DNA of 64,000 bases from Mobula hypostoma (Eukaryota). Below the pieces are notes generated by a model that worked only from the letters and a program-made list of their open reading frames with translations, made no database searches and was not told the DNA's origin. The stretch covers positions 108,688,001-108,752,000 of the forward strand of contig NC_086097.1 of the NCBI RefSeq assembly GCF_963921235.1. Direction: 5' to 3'. The translations under genes were made by a program, and so were the position numbers. Positions 1 through 12,279 of this stretch are shown here, in pieces (within the stretch, counting starts at the first letter, position 1; each line of letters begins with the position of its first letter).

Positions 1-1345
1 AGCATGACCCATCTATGTATGGAACCACTGTAGACCGAGTGACATTTTTAAAGAACATTTTTATCAGTTTTTTTTTACTGTGGAGAAGACCATGGAAGTT
101 AAGACATTGAAGCAAATTAGTTGCAATGTCTTGAACCATTTCTAAATTAACAAAAAGCAGGTAGTGGCGATCCTAAAGCACATGAAGGTTGATAAATTCC
201 CTCTGCCTGACCAAGTGCATCCTTGGATTGTGTGGGAAGCTGAGGACAAAATTGTTGAGGTCCTTACAGAGATAGTTGTATCTTCTTTAACCATGGGTGA
301 AGTTCCTGAAGACTAGAGACTGGCTAATATTATGCTGTTATTTAAAGATGGCAACAAAGACAAGCCAGAGAACTACAGGCCAGTGAGCCTGATATCAATG
401 GTGGGCAAGTTACTGGAGGAGATACTGAGGGACAGCGGCTATCAGTACTTAGATGGACAAGGAGTGATTAGGATAGTCAGCACTGCTTAGTGCGTGGGAA
501 ATCATGTCCCACAAATCTAATAGAGTTCTTTGAAGACATAATAACAATAACAAGGGAGTGGTTGGACAAGCTATGTCTTTAGTAAGGCTTTTGGTAAGAT
601 CCCACATGGAGGGCTAGCCTGGAAGGTTAGGTCACATGGCATCCAGGAAGAGCAGCAATAGTGAAGTGGATACAATATTGGTTTGATGGTACAAAGCAGA
701 GGGTGTTGGGAATAGGGTGTTTCTTGGAGTGGGCATCTGTGACTATTGGGTACAACAGGGTTCAGATCTAGACCCTGAAATGTTGTTCGTCATTTATATA
801 AATGATTTTGTTGAGCCTGTAAGAAAATGAATCTCAAGGTTGTATAATGTATGTATACTTAAATAATAAATGTCCTTTGAATTTTGAGCAAGGCACAGTT
901 GGTAAGTTTGTAGATAACACAAACAGGTGCTGTTGTAGGAGTGGTTATCAAAATAGAAAGGGATCTTAACCCGCTGGGTAAGTGGGCTGAGGAATGGCAA
1001 CCAGATAAGTATGAGGTGCTTCATTTTGTGAAGTTCTTCGTAGTGAACAGTAGGATCCTGAAAAGTGCTGTACAACAGAGGGATGAAGGAATACAAGAAC
1101 ATTCTTCCATGGAAGGGGCATCACAGGGAAACAGGGTGGTGAAAGCGTTTCACATTGAGTATAAGAGTTGGGATATTAAGTCGTGGAAGCGCAAGATATT
1201 GATGAAGCCGCACCTGAAATATTATGTGTAGATTTTCCTTCTGTGTTACAGAAAAGACATTATCAAGCTGGAAAAGATGCAATGAAGATTTACAACATTG
1301 TTGCTTGGACCCAAGAGCAAGGGAGTGGCAGGGTAAGCTGTGACT
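1..1345 (+). mobile_element. Degenerate CR1 LINE ORF2 (RT) fragment
   Basis: Frameshifted CR1 motifs (NYRPVSL, PHLKY, LGKWAEEWQ). Boundaries approximate. Confidence 0.75.
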
Positions 1346-1351
1346 TCATTC

Positions 1352-1940
1352 CATAAGACATAGGAGCAGAATTAGGCTATCTGGCCCATTGAGTCTGCTC
1401 CACCTTTTTATCACGGCTGATCCATTTCCTTCTCAACCCCGTTCTTCTACCTTCTCCCTGTTACCCTTCATGCCCGGACTAATCAAGAACCTATTAACCT
1501 CCACCTTAAGTATATTCAATGACTTGGCCTCCACAGCTGCCTGTGGCAATGAATTCCACAGAGTCACCACCCTCTGGCTAAAGAAATTCCTCCTCACCTC
1601 TGTTCTAAATGGACATCCCTCTTTTCTGAGGCTGTGCCCTCTGGTCCTACACTCCCCCACCAGATGAAACATTCTCTCCATATCTACTCTAACTAGGCCT
1701 TTCAAGATTTGATAGGTTTCCATAAGATCCTCCATCATTCTTCTAAATTCTAGTGAGTAATGGCCCAGAACCATCAATTGGTCCTCTTACGATAAGTGAT
1801 TCATTCCCAGAATCATTCTTTTAAAATTCCTCTGGACCCATTCCAAAGTCAGCACAACCTTTCTTAAATAAGAGGTCCAAAACTGCTCATAATACTCCAA
1901 GTGTGGCCTTACCAGGGCCTTATAAAACCTCATTATTACA
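1352..1940 (-). mobile_element. CR1 LINE 3' fragment
   Basis: YKALVRPHLEY and RNFFSQRVVTLWNSLPQ motifs plus the CR1 3' UTR. Confidence 0.8.
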
Positions 1941-2893
1941 TAGAGTCCTAGGGAAGTACAACACAGAAACAGGTCCTTGGCCCATCTAGTCCACATTGAA
2001 ACCATTTCAACTGCCTACTCCCATCGACCTGCACCAAGACAATAGCCCTCCATATCTCTACTAGCCATGAACCTATCAAAACTTCTCTTAAAATTGAAAT
2101 CGAGCTTGCATGGACCACTCTCTCACGACCCTCAGAGTGAAGACGTTTCCCCTCATGTCCCCCTTAAACTTCTCACCTTTCACCCTTAAGCTATGACCTC
2201 AGATTGTAGTCCCACCCAACTTCAGTGGAAAAAGCCAGCTTGCATTTACCCTAGCTATAGCCCTCATAATTTTGTATACCTCTATTAAATCTCCTCTCTG
2301 TCGTCTTACGTTCCAAAGAATACAGCTCTAACCTACTCAATCTTCCCTTCTAACTCAGGTCCTCCAGTCCCAGCAACATCCTTGTAAATTTTCTCTGCAC
2401 TCTTTCAATCTTGTTTACGTCTTTCCTGTTTGTAAGCGTCCAAAACTGCACACAATACTCCAACCCAGGTCGCACCAACGTCTTATACAACCTCAGCATA
2501 ACACGCCATCTCCTGTACTCAATACATAGATAGTACATATGTACCTGAACTCCCAGATCCCTTTGTTCTACCACATCCCTCAGTGCCCTACAGTCCACTG
2601 TGTAAGACCTATCCTGGCTGGTCCTACCTCATCCTGAATACCGAGTGACCTCCTTGACCAGCCTCACATGTGGGATCTTGTCAAATGCCTTACGAAAGTC
2701 CATGTAGACAACATCTACTGCCTTGCCTTCATCCACTTTCCTGGTAACTTCCTCAAAAAACTGTACAAGATTGGTTAGATATGACCTAGAAGCTATGCTG
2801 CCTATCCTTAAACAGTCCACATCTATCCAAATACTTGTACATCTGGTCCCTTAGAACATCTTCCAATAACTTTCCCAGAACTAATGTCAGACT

Positions 2894-3082
2894 TCCCCTT
2901 TCCCCTTACTGGTTTTTCACCTGGAACCTACCAACCTTCTCCTTCCCACCCTCCCCCCACCTTCTTTATAGGGCCTCTGCCCCTTCCCCCTACAGTCCTG
3001 ACGAAGGGTTCCAGCCCGAAACGTCGACCGATCTTTTCCACGGATGCTGCCTGACCTGCTGAGTTCCTCCAGCTTGTTGTGG
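2894..3082 (+). mobile_element. 189-bp Penelope-LTR-derived mini-element carrying a hammerhead motif
   Basis: 10-bp TSD ATGTCAGACT (2884-2893 / 3083-3092). Sequence is related to the 3' pLTR of the Penelope copy at 8200-8594. Confidence 0.75.
2993..3030 (+). ncRNA. Minimal type I hammerhead ribozyme motif (PLE type)
   Basis: CAGUC-CUGACGA-A-GGGU(UCCA)GCCC-GAAA-CG-UC-GACCG. Conserved core, helix II, palindromic ACGU mini helix III, helix I 4/5 paired. Confidence 0.7.
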
Positions 3083-3683
3083 ATGTCAGACTCGTCAGCC
3101 TATAATTTCCTAGTTTATGTTTAGAGCCTATTTTAAACAGCAAAACAACATTGGCTATCTTCCAATCCTCTGGTACCTCTCCTTTCACTAAGGGTATTTT
3201 AAATATCTCTGCTAGGGCCCCTGCAATTTCTGCACTTCCTGAGGAAACACCTTATCAGGCCCTGGGGATTTACCCATACTTTTTTGACTCAGGGTAGGAT
3301 ACACCTCCTCCACTATAAACCTGTACAGGGTCCATGAAGTTGACGCTGCTCTGCCTCACTTCTAAAGACTCCATGTCTGTCTCCCAAGTAAATACGGATG
3401 CAACGAATGCATTTAAGATCTATCCCATCTGTTTAGGCTCCACACATGGATTACCATTCTGGTCTTCCAGAGGACCAAATTTATCACTAGCAATCATCTT
3501 GCTCTTAATGTATGTAACCAGGTGACTGTTGAATATCATTTTTTATTGTTAAAGTGCACTAATGCTACAATAGCTTCCTGTGCCTTTAAGAGAAAAAGGT
3601 GGTGTCATTTTGCATGGGTGGAGTAGAACGAAGAGTTGCCATGTTCTAGAAGGGACGATGTTTGAATGCTTTTCCCAGGTTTA

Positions 3684-4756
3684 CATAGAAACATAGAAAA
3701 TAGGTGCAGGAGTAGGCCATTCGGCCCTTCGAGCCTGCACCGCCATTTATTATGATCATGGCTGATCATCCAACTCAGAACCCAGCCTTCCCTCTATACC
3801 CCCTGACCCCTGTAGCCACAAGGGCCATATCTAACTTCCTCTTAAACACAGCCAATGAACCGGCCTCAACAGTTTGCTGTGGCAGAGAATTCCACAGATT
3901 CACCACTCTCTGTGTGAAGAAGTTTTTCCTAATCTCGGTCCTAAAAGGCTTCCCCTCTATCCTCAAACTGTGACCCCTCGTTCTGGACCTCCCCAACATC
4001 GGGAACAATCTTCCCGCATCTAGCCTGTCCAATCCCTTTAGGATCTTATACGTTTCAATCAGATCCCCCCTCAATCTTCTAAATTCCAACGAGTACAAGC
4101 CCAGTTCATCCAGTCTTTCTTCATATGAAAGACCTGCCATCCCAGGAATCAATCTGGTGAACCCTCTTTGTACTCCCTCTATGGCAAAGATGTCTTTCCT
4201 CAGATTAGGGGACCAAAACTGCACACAATACTCCAGGTGTGGTCTCACCAAGGCCTTGTACAACTGCAGTAGTACCTCCCTGCTCCTGTACTCGAATCCT
4301 CTCGCTATAAATGCCAGCATACCGTTCGCCTTTTTCACCGCCTGCTGTACCTGCATGCCCACTTTCAATGACTGGTGTATAATGACACCCAGGTCTCGTT
4401 GCACCTCCCCTTTTCCTAATCGGCCACCATTCAGATAATAATCTGTTTTCCTATTTTTGCCACCAAAGTGGATAACTTCACATTTATCCACATTAAATTG
4501 CATCTGCCATGAGTTTGCCCACTCACCCAACCTATCCAAGTCACCCTGCATCCTCTTAGCATCCTCCTCACTGCTAACACTGCCACCCAGCTTCGTGTCA
4601 TCCGCAAACTTGGAGATGCTGCATTTAATTCCCTCATCCAAGTCATTAATATATATTGTAAACAACTGGGGTCCCAGCACTGAGCCTTGCGGTACCCCAC
4701 TAGTCACCGCCTGCCATTCTGAAAAGGTCCCGTTTATTCCCACTCTTTGCTTCCTG
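3684..4756 (-). mobile_element. Young 5'-truncated CR1 LINE (RT C-terminal half)
   Basis: Uninterrupted ORF 3775-4756 with [10 protein letters not shown] and FADD. (ATAGAAAC)n tail. Nearly identical to the 3' part of 46486-49951. Confidence 0.95.
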
Positions 4757-5316
4757 TTGTTTGGTGAGGAAAGATTTTTGTGAGTAAATTGATCAGTGCT
4801 AGACAGCACGATTGCTAAGTTCCTTAATTGGCCTACCAGCGTGAGCGAGGAGAACTCATTTCAAGGTCTAGCCTATATGTGTTTGGAAGTTAAGCATATG
4901 TGTGTCAAATGTGAGTGACCTATTTATCATGTGCAGGTGGTTCTAGCAGACTCACCACTCTGGCTACAGTGGAACTATTTAGTGATGCTACAGTATAGTT
5001 TGGTATTGTTCGTGGTGATTTTTTGCAGTGTGAAATGGGCTTCAGCCTGTGCAATCCACATGGTAGCATGCTACTCCCAAAATGGCGCAGCTTCAAGTTA
5101 CAGTGTGTTGTTTAGTAACTCCGGGATCGCCTAAGTCGTTTTACGTGCTTAACAAAAGCCAGAGCCCTTTACTTCCATTACAAACCAACCAAAAGCAGTC
5201 GCCTTTCACTGATGTCATTATGCCAGACACTGTCTCAATGAAGGCAATTATGAATTATGTAGAACAGTTTAAATTATGAACAATTTGTGTCATCTGTCAC
5301 CTATTACATTACTCTA

Positions 5317-5513
5317 GGGGTGTATGGGGTGTCAGGGAGGGGTAGCACCTCTGGTGGGGGAACATGTCGCATCCATTTCAGGGCGGTTAGTCCATCTTTG
5401 GTCCCCACCTGGCACTCCACCTGTGGCTCCCACCTGTGGCTCCCCGTAGCTGTTTGCATGTGACAGTGGCCACACCCCGGGCAACGGCTTCAACAAGCCG
5501 GCTAAACCAGGTG
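5317..5513 (+). ncRNA. HDV-like self-cleaving ribozyme fold
   Basis: P1 GGGGUGU 5317-5323 / ACACCCC 5472-5478. P2 CACCUG 5431-5436 / CAGGUG 5508-5513. P3 GGC 5438-5440 / GCC 5469-5471. L3 UCCCCGUA. P1.1 GG 5479-5480. P4 CGGCUU/AAGCCG. J4/2 GCUAA with candidate catalytic C5502. Confidence 0.7.
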
Positions 5514-5886
5514 AGGGTAGCCGACAGGTCTCAAACCCTCGGTGAGATAGGGAGTTGTCTATCCCAGCATGTGAAGACAGACTCTGGCGGATTGAGCGGA
5601 CGAGACCAGTGGAAGGTCCAACAGTCAAGAAGGCGGTCTCTGCAAGCGTTGTGGAACGTTTAGAGCAGGACAAGGCGCAGAAGACGTCCTGGTCATCCAC
5701 TGCGCCTAGTCCCATCTCCAGCTGTCTCGATTCTGTCTTGCCACTGGATCCAGATGGGAATTGGGAAGAGAGGGTGAGGCTGACGCTGCGCAATGCTCCC
5801 TCACTTAAATCCAAATCACGTACTAGTCTTGACACCATCACAATGGTGTTAAGGTCCTCATCGATGTCGACGATGGATGAACACAC
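5317..5886 (+). mobile_element. Non-autonomous RTE-like retroposon with a 5' HDV-like ribozyme and (CA)n tail
   Basis: 11-bp TSD ACATTAC(T/C)CTA (5306-5316 / 5887-5897). GC-rich structured 5' half, no intact ORF, short-repeat tail. The RTE affinity is inferred. Confidence 0.65.
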
Positions 5887-7809
5887 ACATTACCCTACAA
5901 TAGAAAAATGAAGGGCTATATAGGAGGGAAGGGTTAGATTGATCTTAGAGTAGGTTTTAAGGTCAGCACAACATCATGCGCTGAAGGGCCTGTACTGTGC
6001 TGTATTGTTCTATGTTTTATGTGAGTATATCTCTTAGTGAGATGAGATGTATTTATTCATATTTTCAATGTGTATAATGTACACGGTTGGTGGGATTCTA
6101 ATGTTGTTTGTATTGTTTTTTAGAATTGCCACTACCGTATTGGTTTTGTATATTTTGTTTTAGTTATTTTCGTAATGCATACGTAACAAGGGTGTAGTCT
6201 GAAGTTAAGATGAGAATGTAATAGCGGGAACTGTTTTTCTTATTTATTTTGTCGATTTTATTTTGATACCCTCTTTCTGCAATAAAACATCTAAAACAGA
6301 TAAAGGAATTTAATACACGAAAAAGTATTTGTTGTCTTGCATGTGTATTTTTCCCCAGGCTGCATGTACCAGTAAAATCCCTTAGGATTCTCCTTCATCT
6401 TGTCATGCCGCCTTTTTGCCTTCCTGATTTCTTTCATAAGCGTTCTCTTGCATCTTTGTACTCCATAAGCACCTCATTTGTTCCTACTTGCATTATCTGC
6501 TATGAAGCTCCTTTTTTTCTCATAACCAGGGCCTCAATATCTCTAGAAAACCAAAGTTCCCTACACTTGTTATACTTACCTTTTATTCTGACAGGCACAT
6601 ACAAGCTCTGTACTCTCAAAATTTCATATTTGAAGCCCTCACACTTTCCAAGTACACCTTTGACAGAAAACAGCTTGTCCCAATCCACACTTGCCAGATC
6701 ATTTCCATTACCTTCAAAATTGAATATTAACCCACAGACCAGACATATTTTCTATGAAACTAATGGCTTTGTGGTCATTGGATGCAAAGGGTTCCCCTAC
6801 ACAAACTTCTGTTACCTGCCCTGTCTCATTCCCTAATAGCAGTTCCAGTATCGCACTCTCTCTTGTTGGGACTTCTGCATACTGATGAAGGAAACTTTCT
6901 CGACCAGATTTGACAATCTCTATCCCATCTAGTCCTTTTACAGTACGGGATTCCCAGTCAATATGTGGAAAGCTAAAATCACCTACTATAACAGCCTTAC
7001 ATTTCTTGCAGCGGTCTGTGATCTCTTTACAAATTTGTTCCTCCAAGTCCCTCGGACTGTTGGATTGTCTGTAATATAGCCCTATTAATGTGGTCATACC
7101 TTTCTCATTTTTTATTGCCACCCATAACACCTCACTAGTTGAGTTCTCCAGTCTGTCCTGACGAAGCAGTATTTTCCCTGACTAGTAATGCCTCCCACTC
7201 TGTCAGGTCTAAAACAACAGAACTACAGAATACTGAGTTGCCAGTCCTGCCCCTCGTGCAACCAAGTCTCACTAATGACATTTAACTTGTTTTATTATTG
7301 TCACATGTACTGAGGTACAGTGAAAACTTGTCTTGCAAACTGTTCATACTAATCGATTCATTATAAGTGTGTTGAGTAGAACAGAGAATAGAACAATAGC
7401 AAAATGTCAAAAAAGTGCTATAGTTACAGAGAAAGTGTAGTGCGGGCAGATAGTATGGTGCAAGGTCACAACAACATAAACTGTGAGGCCAAGAGTCCAT
7501 CTTATTTTACTAGGGAAGTATTCAATAGTCCTATAATAGTGGAATAAATCTGTTCTTGACCCTGGTGGTTTTATCCTTCGGGATTTTTTTTTATCTCTGC
7601 CTAATGGAGGAGAGAGAAGAGAACATTTCTGGGGTGGGTGGGGTCTTTAATTATGTTGGCTGTTTAGCCATGGAAGTGAGAAGTCTAGGCAGAGTCAATG
7701 AAAGGGAGATTGGTTTCTGTGATCTCTTAAAGATGAGTAATAGTGTTCATAATTTTATGGACTATTCAGAAATGTAATGGTGGAGAGGAAGAAACTGTTT
7801 TTAAATATT

Positions 7810-8594
7810 AACATGAGCCCTTACACTTCCTCCCTTACCACCATTCAGGGCCCCAGAAAGTCCTTCCAGGTGAGGCGACACTTCACCTGTGAGTCGGCTG
7901 GGGTGATATACTGCGTCCGGTTCTCCCAATGTGGCCTTCTATATATTGGTGAGACCCGACGCAGACTGGGAGACCGCTTTGCTGAACACCTACGCTCTGT
8001 CCGCCAGAGAAAGCAGGATCTCCCAGCGGCCACACATTTTAATTCCACATCCCATTCCCATTCTGATATGTCTATCCACGGCCTCCTCTACTGTAAAGAT
8101 GAAGCCACACTCAGGTTGGAGGAACAACACCTTATATTCTGTCTGGGTAGCCTCCAACCTGATGGCATGAACATCGACTTCTCTAACTTCTGCTAATGCC
8201 CCACCTCCCCCTCATACCCTATCCGTTATTTATTTATATACACACATTCTTTCTCTCTCTCTCTTTTTTCTCCCTCTGCCCTCTGACTATACCCCTTGCC
8301 CATCCTCCGGGTTTTCCACCCCCCGCTTTCCTTCTCCCTGGGCCTCCTGTCCCATGATCCTCTCATATCCCTTTTGCCAATCACCTGTCCAGCTCTTGGC
8401 TCCATCCCTCCCCCTCCTGTCTTCTCCTATCATTTTGGATCTCCCCCTCCCCCTCCCCCTCCCACTTTCAAATCTCTTACTAGCTCTTCCTTCAGTTAGT
8501 CCTGACGAAGGGTCTCGGCACACAACGTCAACTGTACCTCTTCCTAGAGATGCTGCTGGCCTGCTGTGTTCACCAGCAACTTTGATGTGTGTCG
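7810..8594 (+). mobile_element. Penelope-like element 3' fragment: GIY-YIG endonuclease plus pLTR
   Basis: VIYCVRFSQCGLLYIGETRRRLGDRFAEH...EQHLIF..GSLQPDGMN. Pyrimidine-rich pLTR with a damaged hammerhead at ~8496-8534. Inserted at a TTTTAAA site within a Rex element. Confidence 0.9.
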
Positions 8595-9101
8595 TTTTAA
8601 AACGTTCAGTGTTTTAAGTCTCTTGTACCTTCTTCCCTGTTGTAGTAATGAGGAGAAGGATGCTTCTGGATTGTGCGAGTCTTTAATAATGAATACCACC
8701 TTCTTGAGCTACTGCCTCTTAAAGGTGTCCTCAAAAGTGGGGAGGGTTTTGCCCGTGATGGAGCTGGCTGAGTCTACAACCTTTTGCAGTCTCTCGTGAC
8801 GCTATGCATTGGAACCTCCATGTCAGCCAGTGATGCAACCAGTCAGAATGCTCTCGACTGTACATCTGTAGAACCTTGTTAGTCTTCAATGACATGATGA
8901 ATCTCTTTAAGCTTTTAACAAAGTAGAGATGCTGGTGTACCTTCTTCATGGCTGTATCTGTATTTTGAGCCCTGTATGTTGACACCAAGGAACTTGTAGT
9001 TGCTCCCACTTTCCACCACTGAACCCTCATTGAGGACAGGTGCATGGTCACCTGTCTTCCCCTTCCTAAAGTTCACAATCAACTCATTGGTCTTGCTAAC
9101 A

Positions 9102-11268
9102 GAGAGGACAGGAACATTTTTAATTGGGGAAGGGCAAATTATGAGGCTGTAAGGCTGGAACTTGTGGGTATGAACTGGGATGCTGTTTTTGCAGGGAAAT
9201 GTACTATGGACGTGTGGTCGATGTTTAGGGATCTCTTGCATGATGTTAGGGGTAAATTTGTCACAGTGAGGAAGATAAAGAATGGTAGGGTGAAGGCACC
9301 ATAGGTGACCAGTGAGGTGGAAAATCTAGTCAGGTGGAAGGCGGCAGCATACATGAGGTTCAGGAAGCGAGGATCAGATGGATCAATTGAGGAATATAGG
9401 GTAGCAAGAAAGGAGCTTAAGAAGGGGCTGAGAAGACCAAGACGGGGGTATAAAAAGGCCTTGGCGAGTAGGTTAAAGGAAAACCCCAAGGCATTCTTCA
9501 ATTATGTGAAGAACAAAAGGATGACAGGAGTGAAGGTAGGACCGATTAGAGATAAAGGTTTGAAGATGTGTCTAGAGGCTGTGGAAGTGAGCGAGGTCCT
9601 CAATGAATACTTCTCTTCTGTATTCACCAATGAGAGAGAACTTGATGATGGTGAGGACAATATTAGTGAGGTTGATGTTCTGGAGTATTCTGATATTAAG
9701 GGAGAGGAGGTGTTGGAGTTGTTAAAATACATTAGGACAGATAAGTCCCTGGGGCCTGACGGAATATTCCCCAGGCTGCTCCACGAGGCGAGGGAAGAGA
9801 TTGCTGAGCCTCTGGCTAGGATCTTTATGTCCTTGTTGTCCACTGGAATGGTACCGGAGGATTGGAGGGAGGCGAATATTGTCCCCTTGTTCAAAAAAGG
9901 TAGTAGGGATAATCTGGGTAATTATAGACCAGTGGGCCTTACGACTGTGGTGAGAAAGCTGTTGGAAAAGATTCTTAGAGATAGGATCTATGGGCATTTA
10001 GAGAATCATGGTCTGATCAGGGACAGTCAGCATGGCTTTGTGAAGGGCAGATTGTGTCTAACAAGCCTGATAAAGTTCTTTGAGGAGGTGACCAGGCATA
10101 TAGATGAGGGTAGTGCAGTGGATGTGATCTACATGGATTTTAGTAAGGCATTTGACAAGGTTCCACACAGTAGGCTTATTCAGAAAGTCAGAAGGCATGG
10201 GATTCAGGGAAGTTTGGGCAGGTGGATTCAGAATTGGCTTGCCTGCGGAAGGCAGAGGGTCGTGGTGGAGGGAGTACATTCGGATTGGAGGGTTGTGACT
10301 CCTGGTGTCCCACAAGGATCAGTTCTGGGACCTCTAATTTTTATTAATGACCTTGATGTGGGGGTAGAAGGGTGGGTTGGCAAGTTTGCAGATGACACAA
10401 AGGTTGGTAATGTTGTAGATAGTGTAGAGGATTGTCGAAGATTGCAGAGAGATTTTGATAGGATGCAGAAGTGGGCTGAGAAGTGGCAGATGGAGTTCAA
10501 CCCAGAGAAGTGTGAGGTGGTACACCTTGGAAGGACAAACTCTAAGGCAGAGTACAAAGTAAATGGCAGGATACTTGGTAGTGTGGAGGAGCAGAGAGAT
10601 CTGGGGGTACATGTCCACAGATCCCTGAAAGTTGCCTCACAGGTAGATAGGGTAGTTAAGAAAGCTTATGGGGTGTTAGCTTTCATAAGTCGAGGGGTAG
10701 AGTTTCAGAGTCGCAAGGTAATGATGCAGCTCTATAAAACTCTGGTTAGGCCACACTTGGAGTACTGTGTCCAGTTCTGTTCAGCTTACGATAGGATGTG
10801 GAAGCATTGGAAAGGGTACAGAGAAGATTTACCAGGATGCTGCCTGGTTTAGAGAGCATGGATTATGATCAGAGATTCAGGGAGCTAGGGTTTACTCTTT
10901 GGAGAGAAGGAGGATGAGAGCAGACATGATAGAGGTATACAAGATATTAAGAGGAATAGATCAAGTGGATAGCCAGCGCCTCTTCCCCAGGGCACAACTG
11001 CTCAATACAAGAGGACATGGCTTTAAGGTAAGGGGTGGGCTGTTCAAGGGGGATATTAGAGGAAGGTTTTTTTACTCAGAGAGTGATTGGTGTATAGAAT
11101 GCACTGCCTGAGTCAGTGGTGGAGGCAGATACACTAGTGAAATTTAAGAGACTACTAGACAGGTGTATGGAGGAATTTAAGGTGGGGGCTTATATGGGAG
11201 GCAGGGTTTGAGGGTTGGCACAACATTGTGTGCCGGAGGGCCTGTACTGTGCTGTACTATTCTATGTT
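9102..11268 (+). mobile_element. 5'-truncated CR1 LINE (515-aa RT-containing ORF, 3' frameshifts)
   Basis: ORF 9305-10852 with [23 protein letters not shown] and FADD. TSD CTAACA (9096-9101 / 11269-11274). Confidence 0.93.
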
Positions 11269-11761
11269 CTAACACTGAGTGAGAGGTTGTTGTGTGGCAC
11301 CAGTCAATCAGCCTCCTCGTTGCACATCTGAGTTTCTCCCCACAACATTGGTGTATATGAAGTTGGTATTGGAATTATGCTTAGCCATGCATTCATATGC
11401 ATAGAGAGAGTAGGGAAGAGGTCTAAGTACAGAGTCTGAGATGTGCCTGTGTTGATGTCCATGAGGAGGAGACTAGGTTTCTGATCTGTACTAATTGTTA
11501 TCTTCCTGTGAGGAAGTCGCAGATCCAATTACAGAGGTAGGTACAGATGCCCAGCTCTTGGAGCTTAACAATAAACTTTGAGGGAAGGTTGGTATTGAAT
11601 GATGACTGCAGTCAATGAACAACAGTGTGATATACATGTTCCGGTTGTCTGGGTATAAGAGGTGAATGTTATGCAGGAAATTTCAATGTAAGGTTTACAG
11701 GAAGCAATATATTACCAATAAGGCTTGATAAATAATTTGGTGAATTGCAGAATTACTGTAC

Positions 11762-11920
11762 CTGCATGCTGTGTCTCTCAGCAAACTCTGGTGTGGCCAG
11801 GAACATTGGCAACCATGTATTTTCTATATGTCTTCTTATATATCTTTGTACTTCAACTAGAACCTCTGAAGACAATTGTTCATGGAGCAATTTGCCCCAT
11901 CCTCCAGCTAACATCATTAT
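11762..11920 (-). CDS. rgs22: RGS22 internal coding exon F (159 nt, phase 0/0): IMMLAGGWGKLLHEQLSSEVLVEVQRYIRRHIENTWLPMFLATPEFAERHSMQ
   Basis: Acceptor tctttttctag and donor CAG|gtacag. Matches recalled VMHLSGGWGKILHEQLDAPVLVEIQKHVQNRLENVWLPLFLASEQFAAR. Confidence 0.94.
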
Positions 11921-12279
11921 CTAGAAAAAGATAATTTTTTAATGGTTTCAACATTTTGAAATTACTCAGCTAGATTGCACCAGTTTGAGCATGCTCCTTG
12001 TGATCAATATCACCTGGGCAACACCCCCCCCCCACTCTAGCCTTTAATAGTGGCGCAGTTACTAATAATCTTGAAGCCTCCCAGTCCTATGGTAAGTTGA
12101 GCCTAGCGAAGCTTCGCTATCATGAAGAACCACAGAATTTTTTGAAGGCAAATAGTGATAAATAGTGACTAGTTTTCGGGTAATGCAAACTAAGATAACC
12201 TGTGCATTATTTCCTGTGTTTGATCATCAGAGACATCCAGAATCACCTGAGCAAAATACAAAAATAAATATATTAATAA

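Larger units (their letters stand above)
3513..6364. mobile_element. Solo LTR (Gypsy-type, ~1.1 kb net) interrupted by three younger insertions
   Basis: TGTAACC...GGCTGCA termini with imperfect terminal inverted repeat. 4-bp TSD TGTA (3509-3512 / 6365-6368). AATAAA near the right end. The host CR1 is continuous across it. Confidence 0.65.
1941..7280 (-). mobile_element. Older CR1 LINE split by nested insertions (2894-3082 and 3513-6364)
   Basis: RT motifs (VYMDFRKAFDKIPH, VPEDWKIANV) at 1941-3512 continue as endonuclease/linker (GLYYR, VGDFSFP, SNDH) at 6365-7280. Confidence 0.75.
7285..11650 (-). mobile_element. Rex1/Babar-type LINE fragments (about 7285-7800, 8595-9095, 11275-11650), split by Penelope and CR1 insertions
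   Basis: SKTNELIVNFRK, NYKFLGVNI and QHLYFVKSL motifs. Sequence continues across the CR1 TSD. Confidence 0.65.
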
